In this document: piece by piece, positions 10,901-21,463 of the stretch
How positions within the stretch are numbered: position 1 is the first letter of the stretch
How the letters are laid out: each line of letters begins with the position of its first letter
Source: a virus
Taxonomy: Duplodnaviria > Caudoviricetes
DNA length: 64,000 nt
Reading direction: 5' to 3' (one strand)
IMG/VR virus record: IMGVR_UViG_3300028888_000093
Location: 27,345 to 91,344 of that record
Notes under the pieces: model-generated
The model's input: only the letters and a program-made list of their open reading frames with translations
Told to the model about the DNA's origin: nothing
Database searches by the model: none
Translations under genes and position numbers: made by a program

Positions 10901-13819
10901 GCGACTATGAACAAGAACAGGTTGATTGCGACAAAGATGAATCGTGAAACTGGATATTTTACTTATGATTTTGATTACGTTAACCCTATGAACTTTAGTG
11001 GTGAATTTTCAAATTTCGCACGTCCACAAACGGCTTACAACAGTGGTGTTTCAATAGTTGATGAAAGTTCGGTTCTTAGTTCATACGGAATTGCAAGTGG
11101 AACTAGCAGACCAGATTTTGACGCCGATGAATCAACCCATACACAAGTAAGGACAATTGAAGACAAGAGTGTTGATTACTATATGTTCAGGCTTGGTTTG
11201 GATTACGAAGACCTTAAATCAAACAACCAAAAGCACAAGAGGCAGTTTGCTGCGGAAAACAAGAATAAAATGTATTTGCCACAATATGAAAACAGTTATT
11301 ATTTCTATTTCGGTTTGCACGCTGGCTCAACTGCAATTGATGAATTCAACAAGCAATTTTTCTCACAATGTGAAAACAGTGTGTTAATTGAAAGAGAGCC
11401 TAATATAAATCTTGTTATAGGTGATTTCAAACTTTGTTCTGGGACATCAACAGTGAGTATAGTTGTTGAAAACATGGAGGAACCGTTTGAATTTATTGTG
11501 TATGATGACAACGGAAACGTTTTTGAAAGTGAAAACGGGGACAACATAAACGCTGTTTTTGAATTGCCAAGCGGTGAATATCAAATTCTTGTAAGAGACA
11601 CAAACGGTGTTGAAATGATACGAAATATTGTTATTGGCGACCAGATATTGCAAGGAAGTTTTGTGCTGATGGATTTTAATAACAACATAACAAACGATTT
11701 TGGTGGCTCAATACAGAGAACACAGACCAATAAGAATATTTTTTATGGTGGAGGTATTGCTTGTAATAATGTCTTCATAGATGATTCTATTGAAACCTAC
11801 ACGCTTTTGGCTGTAAAAGACGGATTAAACCCGATAACCGATTTTGAAGTTAGTGAGGTGTTGACCGCAACAGGTGAATCTGAAGAAACTCAAATTATAT
11901 ATTTGTCATCAGCAAACACTGAATATGATTTTTATGTTAAATACCAAGTTGAAGGGTGTAGTGAACAATATTTGTTCGTTGTTGAAGGCAAACTTATGGA
12001 TACATCGGTTGTGAACCTTCAGTATGGTGCTGTTGAAAAATCAAATGTTGTGACAGATACAATGTATACGAAAGATTGGTGGGTTGGAAGGTATACAGAG
12101 CCAGTTGACATTACAATCATGGAATCAAAGCAAAGATGGAATGCGCGAAAGGCTATGGAGAACACAACATGTAACAGTGCTACAACCGATTCATGCGGTG
12201 TATCAACAAACGGCGACAAGTTTGTGTTTGGTTCACCTCAAAATTTTGATAGTGTATTATATAATAATAAATATTATGTTGACGGATACAACACACCAGC
12301 TGGTATGAGTGTTGATGATGACTACTCGTATTATCCAACATATGGAATACCTCAATACAATAATGTGAAACAGTTTAATTGTGTGTCTTACATGGGTAGT
12401 GTCGTTTTTGGTTCGTTTGCTGCAATAGTAAGTGGACAGTCTGGTGAAACGAAACAATTGGTTTTGCAACCGCAGATATCAAACAGATTAAGACATGGAG
12501 ACGGTTGTGTTTTAAAATCTCTTCCAGATGGTGTCCTTTATCCAGCAATTGCATTTAATCAAAACAACAATTGGACAATACAATATATTGACGCAACACA
12601 ATCACAAAACATCGGGTGGAATGATGTGGAATATGGAATAGTGTATCCTACAATATGTTATCCATCGTTAAACAAGGTTTTCAGAACAGATGTTTGTTAC
12701 ACCATAATCAACAGGATTATGTTTAACAACACAAAAGAGAGTTATGAACCGTTCAATTATTTAACAAAGTGCGACGGTAGTATATTCAATGGTGTAACAT
12801 ATAACAGGAAGTATAGCGGAAAATCACACATAGATTTGTATGAAAACACAAACGACTTGGAGGATTCAACAGACATAACGATTCCAGCTTTGTCTGATTT
12901 TGCTGGTGTTTATTCGGCGACATCAATACCGTTGGTTACATATGTTTCTGGATTCACAGCATATGCTTATGATGAAAACATGGAATTAAATGAGGTTGGT
13001 ACAAATTACAGTTATTCTATAACAGAGGGTTATCCGTTGTATAAACACACAGCAAACCAAGAAACAGCATACTCGGCAATCAAGACAGACAATTACAGCA
13101 CACAATACGAAAAATCATATTTGTATGAAGGTGTTGTTGACACTCTCGGATTGGACATGAATGCCAGTTTCTATGATAACATATGTTATAACAGTGGGTC
13201 CACTATTACATTTGGTGGTTTGGGTGTTTCCGATTCAGATGTAAAATATTATTGTTTGTCAAAGGACCAGACAAACCTTTTTAATGAGTATTCAACTGTT
13301 TTATTCTATAAAAGCGACAATTCACGAAGACCAGACACTATAGTGGTTCCTGTTATTTACAATGTTGCTGGAACGGAATTCAATGCTGGTGACATCGGTG
13401 TAATAACCTTCAAAAAGGCAACTGGACATTATTCGGCTGAATATTTTAACTCCGACGGGAATTTGGAGCCAATTGATAACATACCAGGAGACGCTGACAA
13501 AGGAAGAATTGACTATATGGACATTGTAAACATGGCAACTTGGGTCATCGAAAACACAAACCCATCAAACCTGTTTAAAGCGGCTAAAATGTACAGACTT
13601 TTTACAAATTCAAATGTTGATTACCGCACAAACATACTTGATTTGTGCAATTCAGGAAACAGGATTGTTAACGGACATGTCACAAACTTGCCAAGCGGTG
13701 AGTTTTTCATTGTCGGAATAAAGAGTTTTTCGAATGATGACGGGCGTGCAACTGGCAGAATCGGTATTGTTTATGTGACACCAGTTGATGTTAATAATAT
13801 TGATAATGTGTTAAATTAA
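7958..13819 (+). CDS. Very large baseplate/tail structural protein
   Basis: 1953-aa ORF in baseplate operon; N-terminal carboxypeptidase-regulatory-like GVVVGRV..GVPNAKISVF segment; internal hydrophobic helices; SprB-like 'LPSGEYQILVRDTNG' repeat. Confidence 0.65.
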   Translation: MLENNKSYRIRTDINNDNYVTVNLSQDYDSFDILSLKINSLDAYKHHNSKYGVVVGRVLANGGFGVPNAKISVFVESENPNMNELDEIYPFTSTVSRDNDNIRYNLLPDNKVSDCHQVVGTFPNKRFMLDNNILVEMYDKYYKYTTRTNEAGDYMLACIPVGQQVLHMDLDLSDCGILSQRPRDFIYKGYNVEQFENPNQFRSGTEFETLSQIFSQDQVVYVQPFWGNESEGDTIGITRADINISYKFEPTCVFIGCVVSDNSSQGISKNCVPTEHMGDMDELVAGKGRIEMIRKTYGGSVEEFQINGTELINGEGIWCYQIPMNLDYMVTDEYGRMVPTDNPSKGIPTRTRVRFRMSMEDMEENVDNFFRAKVLVPHNPQNLGGTKHEDYDYEFGTHTKDESFRDLFWNNVYTVKSYIPRFQKRKVTGWKAPKFTGIKHCQNYGSNNPIPYNNIRIKLPFMFRIMCILIKVFIKLVAIYNRVVALIGNVLVGLAEAFSKLALYKPAGKVMEVAQKLHLNIIEDGLCPDLENWYFAPLVTKNGIKYKGFARVKTEENSTPHKEYYDLVSQTMDVIENAGDYDDETSIDTQNTDPDDNDDAICITFKTDYLISCVEMNLAQEYKVINFDFYNDWVNGMIYFPRWMRYIRLKRRFRGNTIIKSKTKACMDNTKIFSKARRYTQLCSLAYEKDTSSNKVTYSKVTTKLNNKTDIRKSNNYHKKRGFSQVKIFGKNGGICHEKETMAGQHVYYLKPCEWLRNTTPANKKVNLFATDLVLLGSLNECDMYGVPQAFRYLSSTSYIMPTNLALTNMETDGVLYSYGDNKTICSKTNQSSLNGDDPNLDKPVGLADNTLVGELNYFSGAGENYDTQYEDDESDTIPMTEAAGISWNYTGPGQNEINEYQMYYPGGHFLGLSCSNSQTNIKSCINLERICEQGVVMSQRKVDVRAVSTGGTSELKYVYTAPSGFIAKDEIVDDYFRSMFATMNKNRLIATKMNRETGYFTYDFDYVNPMNFSGEFSNFARPQTAYNSGVSIVDESSVLSSYGIASGTSRPDFDADESTHTQVRTIEDKSVDYYMFRLGLDYEDLKSNNQKHKRQFAAENKNKMYLPQYENSYYFYFGLHAGSTAIDEFNKQFFSQCENSVLIEREPNINLVIGDFKLCSGTSTVSIVVENMEEPFEFIVYDDNGNVFESENGDNINAVFELPSGEYQILVRDTNGVEMIRNIVIGDQILQGSFVLMDFNNNITNDFGGSIQRTQTNKNIFYGGGIACNNVFIDDSIETYTLLAVKDGLNPITDFEVSEVLTATGESEETQIIYLSSANTEYDFYVKYQVEGCSEQYLFVVEGKLMDTSVVNLQYGAVEKSNVVTDTMYTKDWWVGRYTEPVDITIMESKQRWNARKAMENTTCNSATTDSCGVSTNGDKFVFGSPQNFDSVLYNNKYYVDGYNTPAGMSVDDDYSYYPTYGIPQYNNVKQFNCVSYMGSVVFGSFAAIVSGQSGETKQLVLQPQISNRLRHGDGCVLKSLPDGVLYPAIAFNQNNNWTIQYIDATQSQNIGWNDVEYGIVYPTICYPSLNKVFRTDVCYTIINRIMFNNTKESYEPFNYLTKCDGSIFNGVTYNRKYSGKSHIDLYENTNDLEDSTDITIPALSDFAGVYSATSIPLVTYVSGFTAYAYDENMELNEVGTNYSYSITEGYPLYKHTANQETAYSAIKTDNYSTQYEKSYLYEGVVDTLGLDMNASFYDNICYNSGSTITFGGLGVSDSDVKYYCLSKDQTNLFNEYSTVLFYKSDNSRRPDTIVVPVIYNVAGTEFNAGDIGVITFKKATGHYSAEYFNSDGNLEPIDNIPGDADKGRIDYMDIVNMATWVIENTNPSNLFKAAKMYRLFTNSNVDYRTNILDLCNSGNRIVNGHVTNLPSGEFFIVGIKSFSNDDGRATGRIGIVYVTPVDVNNIDNVLN

Positions 13820-13833
13820 AATAAAAATAAACC

Positions 13834-16626
13834 ATGGAAATTCAAATACCATTAAATTCATTCAAGGGCAAGGCTTCGGTCAATGTTGAAAATTCATTTT
13901 CTTTCGACTTGCGAAACAAGGAGCGACAGTTAAAGCCTGACAACATGATATCGGATTTTTCGTTGCTTGAGCAATATAATATTGAAAGGGACGCATGTGA
14001 CAAATTCAGATACATATTGACACTCAATCCGATATGCACAAACGTGCTTTTTAACACGCAAACCGAGGTGGTTCAATTCGAGGGTTCGAATAGTGCGATG
14101 GTTTTGACGAATACAGACTCAATACATAAGGAGGATATAAAGCGTGCCGACACATTTGAATATGACAATGCAATACAAAACACGAGCATAATAGACAGAT
14201 ACCAGGCTATAAACGACACCGAATATTCTCACGACGCAAACGGAGGTTTTGAATATCATTGCGGAGTCGACATATTCAATAATCACATGTTAAGGAAAAA
14301 CGGTTTCATACATATAAACAAAATGCATGGTACTGATTCGCTTTCATCTCCTGTATACAACACAATAGCGGACTATTTGAGAGATGGTGAGGGAAACATT
14401 GTTTATTCAAAAATTTCTCCAGTATACAACAGGAACCAAAACACAAGATTGCACTTGTATACACTTGATAATTGCAAGTCACTTAAAGATGCTTATCTTC
14501 AAAACATAGAGGAGGATAACGGGTGGGTTGGTTTTAAAAACGTGACAAACATAGACGTTGAAAACAATTCTGGTGACACGGTTATGATTAACAGTATTTT
14601 TGCAAACAAGAAACCGTGCGAGTTTGTTGATTTATATCCAGACAGGACATTGTTCTCGTTCATTCCAAAATACAACAAATACAGGAAAAGAGCAGAAAAC
14701 AATTGGGAATATTGTATAACATATCCGTATGCGATTGATTATGATATGTTTAACATTGTGTTTGGTGGTGAAAACCAAACATTAAAAGCTATAGCGGAAA
14801 GCGGGATGAATATATCAGCGACAAATGTATTGTTCTGTCGTTCAATGGTCAGACACAATCTGTCGAAGGGTGACAGGGTTTCCGTTTATTATTATAATTC
14901 AGATGGCGAAACCAGTGTGTTCGAAAAATACAAGACATCAGTAGAGGTTTTCGGTATTGGTGATGTTGATGGAAGCGAGTCGGATTTTGTGTTTTCAGTC
15001 AAATGTTCAGATGTTGATTCAATACTGGACTATCTTTTAAATGGCGGTTTTTTCTTCAAAAAACTTGTGAACGGTATAGAATGTGATTATTATTTCAGAA
15101 AATACAAAAAAATCAAGAAGTTTGATGAAAATGGTGAAAGAACCAGGGAACTTGACAGCGATTTGAATAAATGTGGCTTTTCAGAGAACATTTATGGTGA
15201 CGGAATAGCCCAAATCATATTTACAGATGACATAGATTTGAATGGTTTGGTTGACCATCGCGGTAGAAAAGTGACTGAGACATATTTCACTGTAATAAAA
15301 AACAACAAGGGAAACAATTTGTGGTATAAAAACCATTTTTTCGGTTCTGAAAATGTTGAATACTCACATTGTTTCGGGCCAATTACATCTGGTTTGTATT
15401 TCGGCGACAACGCAAATGCCGAATTTGATTACAATATAAGATATTTGCATAATGTTGAAATTGACACGGAAATAGCTGACAGACCAGTTGATGATGACTC
15501 TATTAGACCATACCAGGGCGACATTGTTTATGGTAAGGGAGATTTGACGCTTGGAGACGGGGTGGTTTTGGATTTCATCCCATACAGTGCGTTAGGAGAA
15601 ACAATATTGCGTGGCGTGCCGAAAAAAATAGAGGACAACATCACAATAGACAACGATGAATTCTATGGCGATGTTGTTGAATTTGATTATTACAATTATG
15701 CGGAAACACAATTAAGCCCAGTACTACATCGTTTCAACACAGTTCAGCGGGAATGGATTGCAAACAAAAACTATGCGTCATTGAGATATGACAAATTGAT
15801 ATATGATGATTTTGACCTGAAAGAAAACGGTGATTCAAGACAATTTACCATTCAGGCAAGCGATATGTCCGTTGTTAAGTACAACAACAAAAATTACAGG
15901 TTGTATTCGAATGTAAGACCAGAGGGGTATTTTTACAATCCACACACGTTGATTAGTGTGGGGGAGGAATCCGAAATGACAACAAGGGTTAAGGGAAAAA
16001 GAATAAACTTCTCCAGCTCCAGTGGTTATTATGATATGGATACGGATAAGACAACAGTTTCATTTGTTGCACCGATAAACTACGGTTTTTATAAGCACAC
16101 AAACATAGCATTGTATGATGCTGGAGGCAGATACAACGGGAAATTGCAGCATGTCAGAACAATTTGGGGTGAAGTTGTTGATATTAAAGACAATAAACTT
16201 ACGATTGTCTTTGATGGAGATGTCTTTAACGTCATGACACAAATAACAGACATTAATGAAGTCCTGAACCCGAATGGCGAATACAAGGAACGGTATACTT
16301 TTTATTGGTCTAAAGACGGTGTTCCGACATATGCTAATTTTGTCCCTCAAATATCTTCGTTTGTGTGGAAGTCGGTTGTTCCGCCATCCAAGATGTCGAA
16401 TGACATGGAACTTTTCGACACACCTTTTGCAAACGGAAGATTCTATATTGAAAAGGATATAAGGTTTTATAACAGGAGACAGGATGCGGACGGAAGATTT
16501 GGTTTGTTGTTCGCAAAAAATCCGATTTTAACCCCACCGACAGACTTTTTCAGCATAGAGGGTGACACATTCAATACGGACCAAGCGTTTGATTTTTACA
16601 ATAACATAAACAATGTTTGCTATTAA
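13834..16626 (+). CDS. Large virion structural protein (baseplate/tail region)
   Basis: 930-aa ORF, operonic with baseplate genes. Confidence 0.55.
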   Translation: MEIQIPLNSFKGKASVNVENSFSFDLRNKERQLKPDNMISDFSLLEQYNIERDACDKFRYILTLNPICTNVLFNTQTEVVQFEGSNSAMVLTNTDSIHKEDIKRADTFEYDNAIQNTSIIDRYQAINDTEYSHDANGGFEYHCGVDIFNNHMLRKNGFIHINKMHGTDSLSSPVYNTIADYLRDGEGNIVYSKISPVYNRNQNTRLHLYTLDNCKSLKDAYLQNIEEDNGWVGFKNVTNIDVENNSGDTVMINSIFANKKPCEFVDLYPDRTLFSFIPKYNKYRKRAENNWEYCITYPYAIDYDMFNIVFGGENQTLKAIAESGMNISATNVLFCRSMVRHNLSKGDRVSVYYYNSDGETSVFEKYKTSVEVFGIGDVDGSESDFVFSVKCSDVDSILDYLLNGGFFFKKLVNGIECDYYFRKYKKIKKFDENGERTRELDSDLNKCGFSENIYGDGIAQIIFTDDIDLNGLVDHRGRKVTETYFTVIKNNKGNNLWYKNHFFGSENVEYSHCFGPITSGLYFGDNANAEFDYNIRYLHNVEIDTEIADRPVDDDSIRPYQGDIVYGKGDLTLGDGVVLDFIPYSALGETILRGVPKKIEDNITIDNDEFYGDVVEFDYYNYAETQLSPVLHRFNTVQREWIANKNYASLRYDKLIYDDFDLKENGDSRQFTIQASDMSVVKYNNKNYRLYSNVRPEGYFYNPHTLISVGEESEMTTRVKGKRINFSSSSGYYDMDTDKTTVSFVAPINYGFYKHTNIALYDAGGRYNGKLQHVRTIWGEVVDIKDNKLTIVFDGDVFNVMTQITDINEVLNPNGEYKERYTFYWSKDGVPTYANFVPQISSFVWKSVVPPSKMSNDMELFDTPFANGRFYIEKDIRFYNRRQDADGRFGLLFAKNPILTPPTDFFSIEGDTFNTDQAFDFYNNINNVCY

Positions 16627-19001
16627 TGGAAAAAATTAAAATTAATTTAAGAAGTGGGGTTGACAGTACAAGGGAGTTGAGCGTAAGGAGGTTTTTTGTA
16701 AAAAATGAAAGCCTTGTGTTTGTTTTAAACGACAGAATAAACCACGAGCTCTCAATTGGACAGACCTTCAAATTCAAACGGCAAATGTATCGGGAAAACG
16801 GTGAATATTTGTTTTTGGACAACACTGTTGAAATTATCGGTTTGTCAACATATTTAGATGATGATGGAAATGAATATGATTTGGTTGAAACAAGCAACGT
16901 GCCAAACAAACGTTTGACAATAGACAGAAGAAGTATTAGCTATTTCACTTATTACGATTTTTCTGGTGGAACGTATTTCTCGTCATCAACACCGACCGTT
17001 TCAATATTGGATTATGTTGTGGTGGACGAATCCGAATTGGATTATTACATGTCGGAAGCGGAATCTTTGCCTGAAGAAGAATATGAGTCATACGCTTTTA
17101 AATATTTGTCAACAACTGGTGTTTCCGAAAACGGAGTCGAGCATATTGACAAAACATACCATTATGTGAATGTTATACCAGAAGAAAGCGGATATTTTGA
17201 TTCTCCATATTTTAGTGGAATGACAGATGGGGAAACTGTTGATGAGTTCGTACAATCACACCCTGAAGAGTTTCCGTATTTCAGTGCAATGACACAGGGA
17301 GAGACAATTGAAGAATTCATGGAGAGGATGCCAGAGTTGTTTGAATTTGACGAACATATTGAAAGGTATATCGTGACATTCAATGAATCGCACAATATCT
17401 TTTACCAGGATATAAGACTGACAAAAGAGACACCATATGTCACTGAATACGACATAGCTGTTTTTGATATCTATGGAAATGTTATTGGATATTTGAAGTC
17501 GTTGTCTCCAATACACAGGATTGACTCAATTGAATTGGATGATGATGATTTTTACAACACAACAATAGAGGAAACTTGTGGGATGTATGATGAGGCTGGA
17601 TATCCATATGATGTTTCGTTTCATAACTATTTTTTCATACCGAACAATTTAAGTGATAATAAAATAGCTATCACTGGCGCTGAAACAAATAGGGTGGCAA
17701 GAACGCTTACGGATACGGACAGAACTTACAGAAACAGACAGATTGAGTATTTGCTTGAGAACGGTTTTTATTTCGAGCCTAGATATAATCCGTTTTTTTA
17801 CAAATATTATGACGGAAATGATAATTGCGGTGTTTTTTGGGGTGATGTTCTTTGGGATTTTTACAACCATGCAAACAACGATACACCAAGAAAAGATGTT
17901 TGGGTTAATTGCGGTATGACAAAATCAGTATTGACAATTGATGAATCTTATTACAGGGTACCGATAAATGCTTTGGTTGATGTTTCGAATTCGTTAGGTG
18001 TTGACGATGATTTGAGCAGATTTGCAAACAATGAAATAAACACTTTGATACCGCAAACCATAGACTATGAGCGAGTGAAGTATATTCCAATCGACGGACA
18101 TAATTCTGGTGAATTAAAAACACAAATATACTTCATAAATAAAATAACGCTTGATTTGCATTTCAGAAAGAGAAAGGAAACACCCAACTCAACTGAAGAA
18201 TGGCCAAAATACGAAAACGGCTGGTATATTGACCCAGATTCCGCCTCGACAACATGGTGGAATGAAATGAATTACAACGGTGCTGAATTCAATGCTAATG
18301 CCATGAATGTTTTTATGGATGAGCAGGATGGGAAATCTGATTTGCTTGGTTATCTTGGGTTTGATGACGATGACGTGTATAATCAAAAAAGGAAAATACG
18401 TGACACATTTGTTCGTTTGTCGTTTTACACATCAAAAGACCCTATAGAACAGAAGCTTTTGTACTATTCAACAGTTTTCTTTGATAGTGGTAGTTTGTTT
18501 GGAAAATACATGAAACAAAAAATACACAATTACGAAACGCATACAAAGCCGTCTGGCCCGCTAGTCTTCCATTGTGGTGACAACAGGTTGGACAGCAAAA
18601 TAACAATAACAAACGAATATGACAAAACAACGTCAGCCGAAGGTTTTAACCTTTACTTGTTCAGGGATGATGTACAGGAAACAGGGTTTAGAACTATTTA
18701 TATGAAAGTTGAGTTTAATCACGCTGGTTATGGCAAGACCATACCAATGGTTTTGTGGCCAGTTGACGAGGATGATAATTTCATACCGTTAACATTGGAC
18801 AACTACCTTGACAGTCTTTACATTCCAGTTATTTTGCAATACATTAATGGTAAGTATACTTATTTGATTGATGGGGCCAAGATAAACGGTGATGAAATAA
18901 AACTTGTGCTTTTTGAACCTAAATTGGAATTGGATATTGTTGACACTGAAGCGAATAATAATGGAATTGATGACCACACGGAACCAAACGACCACTTTTA
19001 A
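16626..19001 (+). CDS. Large virion structural protein
   Basis: ATG at 16626 overlaps upstream TAA; acidic; C-terminal YMKVEFNHAGYGK segment; short internal duplication. Confidence 0.55.
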   Translation: MEKIKINLRSGVDSTRELSVRRFFVKNESLVFVLNDRINHELSIGQTFKFKRQMYRENGEYLFLDNTVEIIGLSTYLDDDGNEYDLVETSNVPNKRLTIDRRSISYFTYYDFSGGTYFSSSTPTVSILDYVVVDESELDYYMSEAESLPEEEYESYAFKYLSTTGVSENGVEHIDKTYHYVNVIPEESGYFDSPYFSGMTDGETVDEFVQSHPEEFPYFSAMTQGETIEEFMERMPELFEFDEHIERYIVTFNESHNIFYQDIRLTKETPYVTEYDIAVFDIYGNVIGYLKSLSPIHRIDSIELDDDDFYNTTIEETCGMYDEAGYPYDVSFHNYFFIPNNLSDNKIAITGAETNRVARTLTDTDRTYRNRQIEYLLENGFYFEPRYNPFFYKYYDGNDNCGVFWGDVLWDFYNHANNDTPRKDVWVNCGMTKSVLTIDESYYRVPINALVDVSNSLGVDDDLSRFANNEINTLIPQTIDYERVKYIPIDGHNSGELKTQIYFINKITLDLHFRKRKETPNSTEEWPKYENGWYIDPDSASTTWWNEMNYNGAEFNANAMNVFMDEQDGKSDLLGYLGFDDDDVYNQKRKIRDTFVRLSFYTSKDPIEQKLLYYSTVFFDSGSLFGKYMKQKIHNYETHTKPSGPLVFHCGDNRLDSKITITNEYDKTTSAEGFNLYLFRDDVQETGFRTIYMKVEFNHAGYGKTIPMVLWPVDEDDNFIPLTLDNYLDSLYIPVILQYINGKYTYLIDGAKINGDEIKLVLFEPKLELDIVDTEANNNGIDDHTEPNDHF

Positions 19002-19003
19002 AT

Positions 19004-21460
19004 ATGAATGAAATAAGGAAAACGATATGTTTTGACAAATACAGAAGCCACTATAGCGGCATTTTGCCGTATATAGAGTTTGGCGATTCTGGAGCTACCA
19101 GAAACTTTGTTGTGTCAAATAATACAAACGGTAACTGGGGTCAGTTTCCGATGGATTTCGCTTTGGTATGTTCTTGTTTGTGTGGTGAGACAATCACATA
19201 TGAAGCAAGTGAGATAAAAAAATCTGGTATAACGGAGTATGACAAGTCTGTTGAAGCCAGATTGAGATATTGTGATTTGTCCAGGAAATACAATTTCATA
19301 CAAAACCAGCTTAGAAACGGTTTGTATTGCAAACTGATAAAACAAATGTCGGAGGAAACAACTATATTTGATTGTGAGGATAACAAGTACGGGTGCGGGG
19401 AGAACAACAATGAAACTGAAACGGAGATAGTCCCTTCTTTGATAACAAAATTCGACTATCTTGGTATAAAATATGACTATGTTCCAATGAAAAGAACATG
19501 GTTTTCACAAATAAGCGAATTTGTTTACAGATTGTTGCCGATAGAGAGTATAGCTGAATATGAAACGGATGAAACAGTCGAATTCATTCTGGAAAAGCTT
19601 TCTCTTGACGATGCTTTTATTGTCTTGGTGGACGATTACGACACTTTGGTCAAATATGAATCGGATTGGGTGAATTGGTGGGTTAAATGGTTTGGTGATG
19701 AGTGGTATGATTTGTTTCCAGACCACACAGTGCATCCGTTTTTCCAATTTTGTATTGATTTTGAAAAATATTGCCTTGGCAGGATTTGTGTGCCAGAAAC
19801 ATATTTAAGCGGAAATGAAACCAAAACCATAACTGGAATACTTGTACCAGATTATATCAATTATACAGATGTGGAACAACTTTTGTTGTGGTTTGAAACA
19901 AATGATTCAAGTGCCAAAACAGTATCACAGCAAACGGTTTGGAATGAACATGGGGGTGATAATTTTTATGAATACCTTAAGAGTGTAAAAACCAATTGGA
20001 TTACCGAAATTCCTAGATATAGTGGAGATGGTGAATTGGAATGCCGTTTGACTTATGTAAGCCCGTATATTTCAATACCAGTGTGTTTGTCTCACACATT
20101 TGAATATGGTGATATTTACGAAAATTATTTGGTTGAAGGTTCTTACAAACCATTTTCAGCTGTCGGTATATATAGCGGATACACACAATTCAATGATTCA
20201 AAATACGTTGTTTTGGAGGACAGCGGAACTGTTGAATCAAAACTTGAGAATGTGATAAACCAAAACGCAGTGGAAATAAATGGAGTCATTGGAGTTTTTA
20301 AAGAATTCAATGAAGCTGACGATGTTTCCAATATATTCAAATGTACATTTTATAGTGGCTACAGTGTTAGTGATGGTGAGGTTGTTACCAAAACCAAATA
20401 TTATACAGATGGGCGTTTTGAGTCGGTTGTGACAGACGATTTGTCTGAAAATGAGAGTGAACCAACGACAAATGGTATTCCGAAAAGAATATGGCTTGTA
20501 AAAAAAGTTCAAACAAAAGTCGACCCAGATATTGACACGTATTCACCTTCCGACGATACGGATATTCGAAACGGTGTGTCTGCAATAACAGAAACAACGG
20601 CATACACAAGATATGCTTATTATTGGTGGGAGTGTGAACAATTGTCAAAACAAATGGCTGAAACAATGCGTTGTGCCGATGGTGAATATGTTGAAGCAAA
20701 TGAAAATGGAAAATACAGAAGCATACCATTGTTGAGTTGCATCGGCGGTTTGGTTGACAACCCTTTGATTGGTGACATATATTATTTCTTACCATCGTTT
20801 GACAATGGGAGAGTGAATGACACAAATGACGCTTGTTCGGTTTATGGTACTTCAATATCATCATTTTCAATTCCCTATGAAAATAACACTTTTTTCAACA
20901 TGACCAAAGACGAACAAACGGAAAATATTGAAACATTTATCGGGGATTATATCGGATATGATTCTATAGATATTGAAAGCGGAATCTGCACAATTCGTTA
21001 TGTCGTAGGAGGAAAAGCATTATATAATGACAATACAAAAACATTTAATGAAGTTCCGAACACAGGAATCCATTATCTTGAAAGTCATAGAATAGCACAA
21101 GATGTTAAATCAAGTATTTATATAGACAACTTCATGGATGTTGAATTTTTCTATGACAAGCTTGATTTCGAAAACGACAAAAAACTAGTTTACAGTGATG
21201 ATTACCGAATGTATCGCTATGCCAACATTGCACAGCTTGAGGGAATGGAGGTTGGAACAATGTGGACCAGCGGTACAGCAATAATTGCAAAGGTTTTCAC
21301 AAATGAAAACACTGGAATGGGTTTTAACGGGATTGTGGAAAAACCGAACATAACAATGGACAGGGGAAACGCGGCGGCATTTGAAAGATATTTCAAGCTT
21401 AGTGAATGCAACACTTTGGATGACATAAGACAATATGGTAATAACTTTTTTAATATATAG
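19004..21460 (+). CDS. Large virion structural protein
   Basis: 818-aa ORF in structural operon; C-terminal DRGNAAAFE..KLSE..YGNNFFNI. Confidence 0.55.
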   Translation: MNEIRKTICFDKYRSHYSGILPYIEFGDSGATRNFVVSNNTNGNWGQFPMDFALVCSCLCGETITYEASEIKKSGITEYDKSVEARLRYCDLSRKYNFIQNQLRNGLYCKLIKQMSEETTIFDCEDNKYGCGENNNETETEIVPSLITKFDYLGIKYDYVPMKRTWFSQISEFVYRLLPIESIAEYETDETVEFILEKLSLDDAFIVLVDDYDTLVKYESDWVNWWVKWFGDEWYDLFPDHTVHPFFQFCIDFEKYCLGRICVPETYLSGNETKTITGILVPDYINYTDVEQLLLWFETNDSSAKTVSQQTVWNEHGGDNFYEYLKSVKTNWITEIPRYSGDGELECRLTYVSPYISIPVCLSHTFEYGDIYENYLVEGSYKPFSAVGIYSGYTQFNDSKYVVLEDSGTVESKLENVINQNAVEINGVIGVFKEFNEADDVSNIFKCTFYSGYSVSDGEVVTKTKYYTDGRFESVVTDDLSENESEPTTNGIPKRIWLVKKVQTKVDPDIDTYSPSDDTDIRNGVSAITETTAYTRYAYYWWECEQLSKQMAETMRCADGEYVEANENGKYRSIPLLSCIGGLVDNPLIGDIYYFLPSFDNGRVNDTNDACSVYGTSISSFSIPYENNTFFNMTKDEQTENIETFIGDYIGYDSIDIESGICTIRYVVGGKALYNDNTKTFNEVPNTGIHYLESHRIAQDVKSSIYIDNFMDVEFFYDKLDFENDKKLVYSDDYRMYRYANIAQLEGMEVGTMWTSGTAIIAKVFTNENTGMGFNGIVEKPNITMDRGNAAAFERYFKLSECNTLDDIRQYGNNFFNI

Positions 21461-21463
21461 GCA

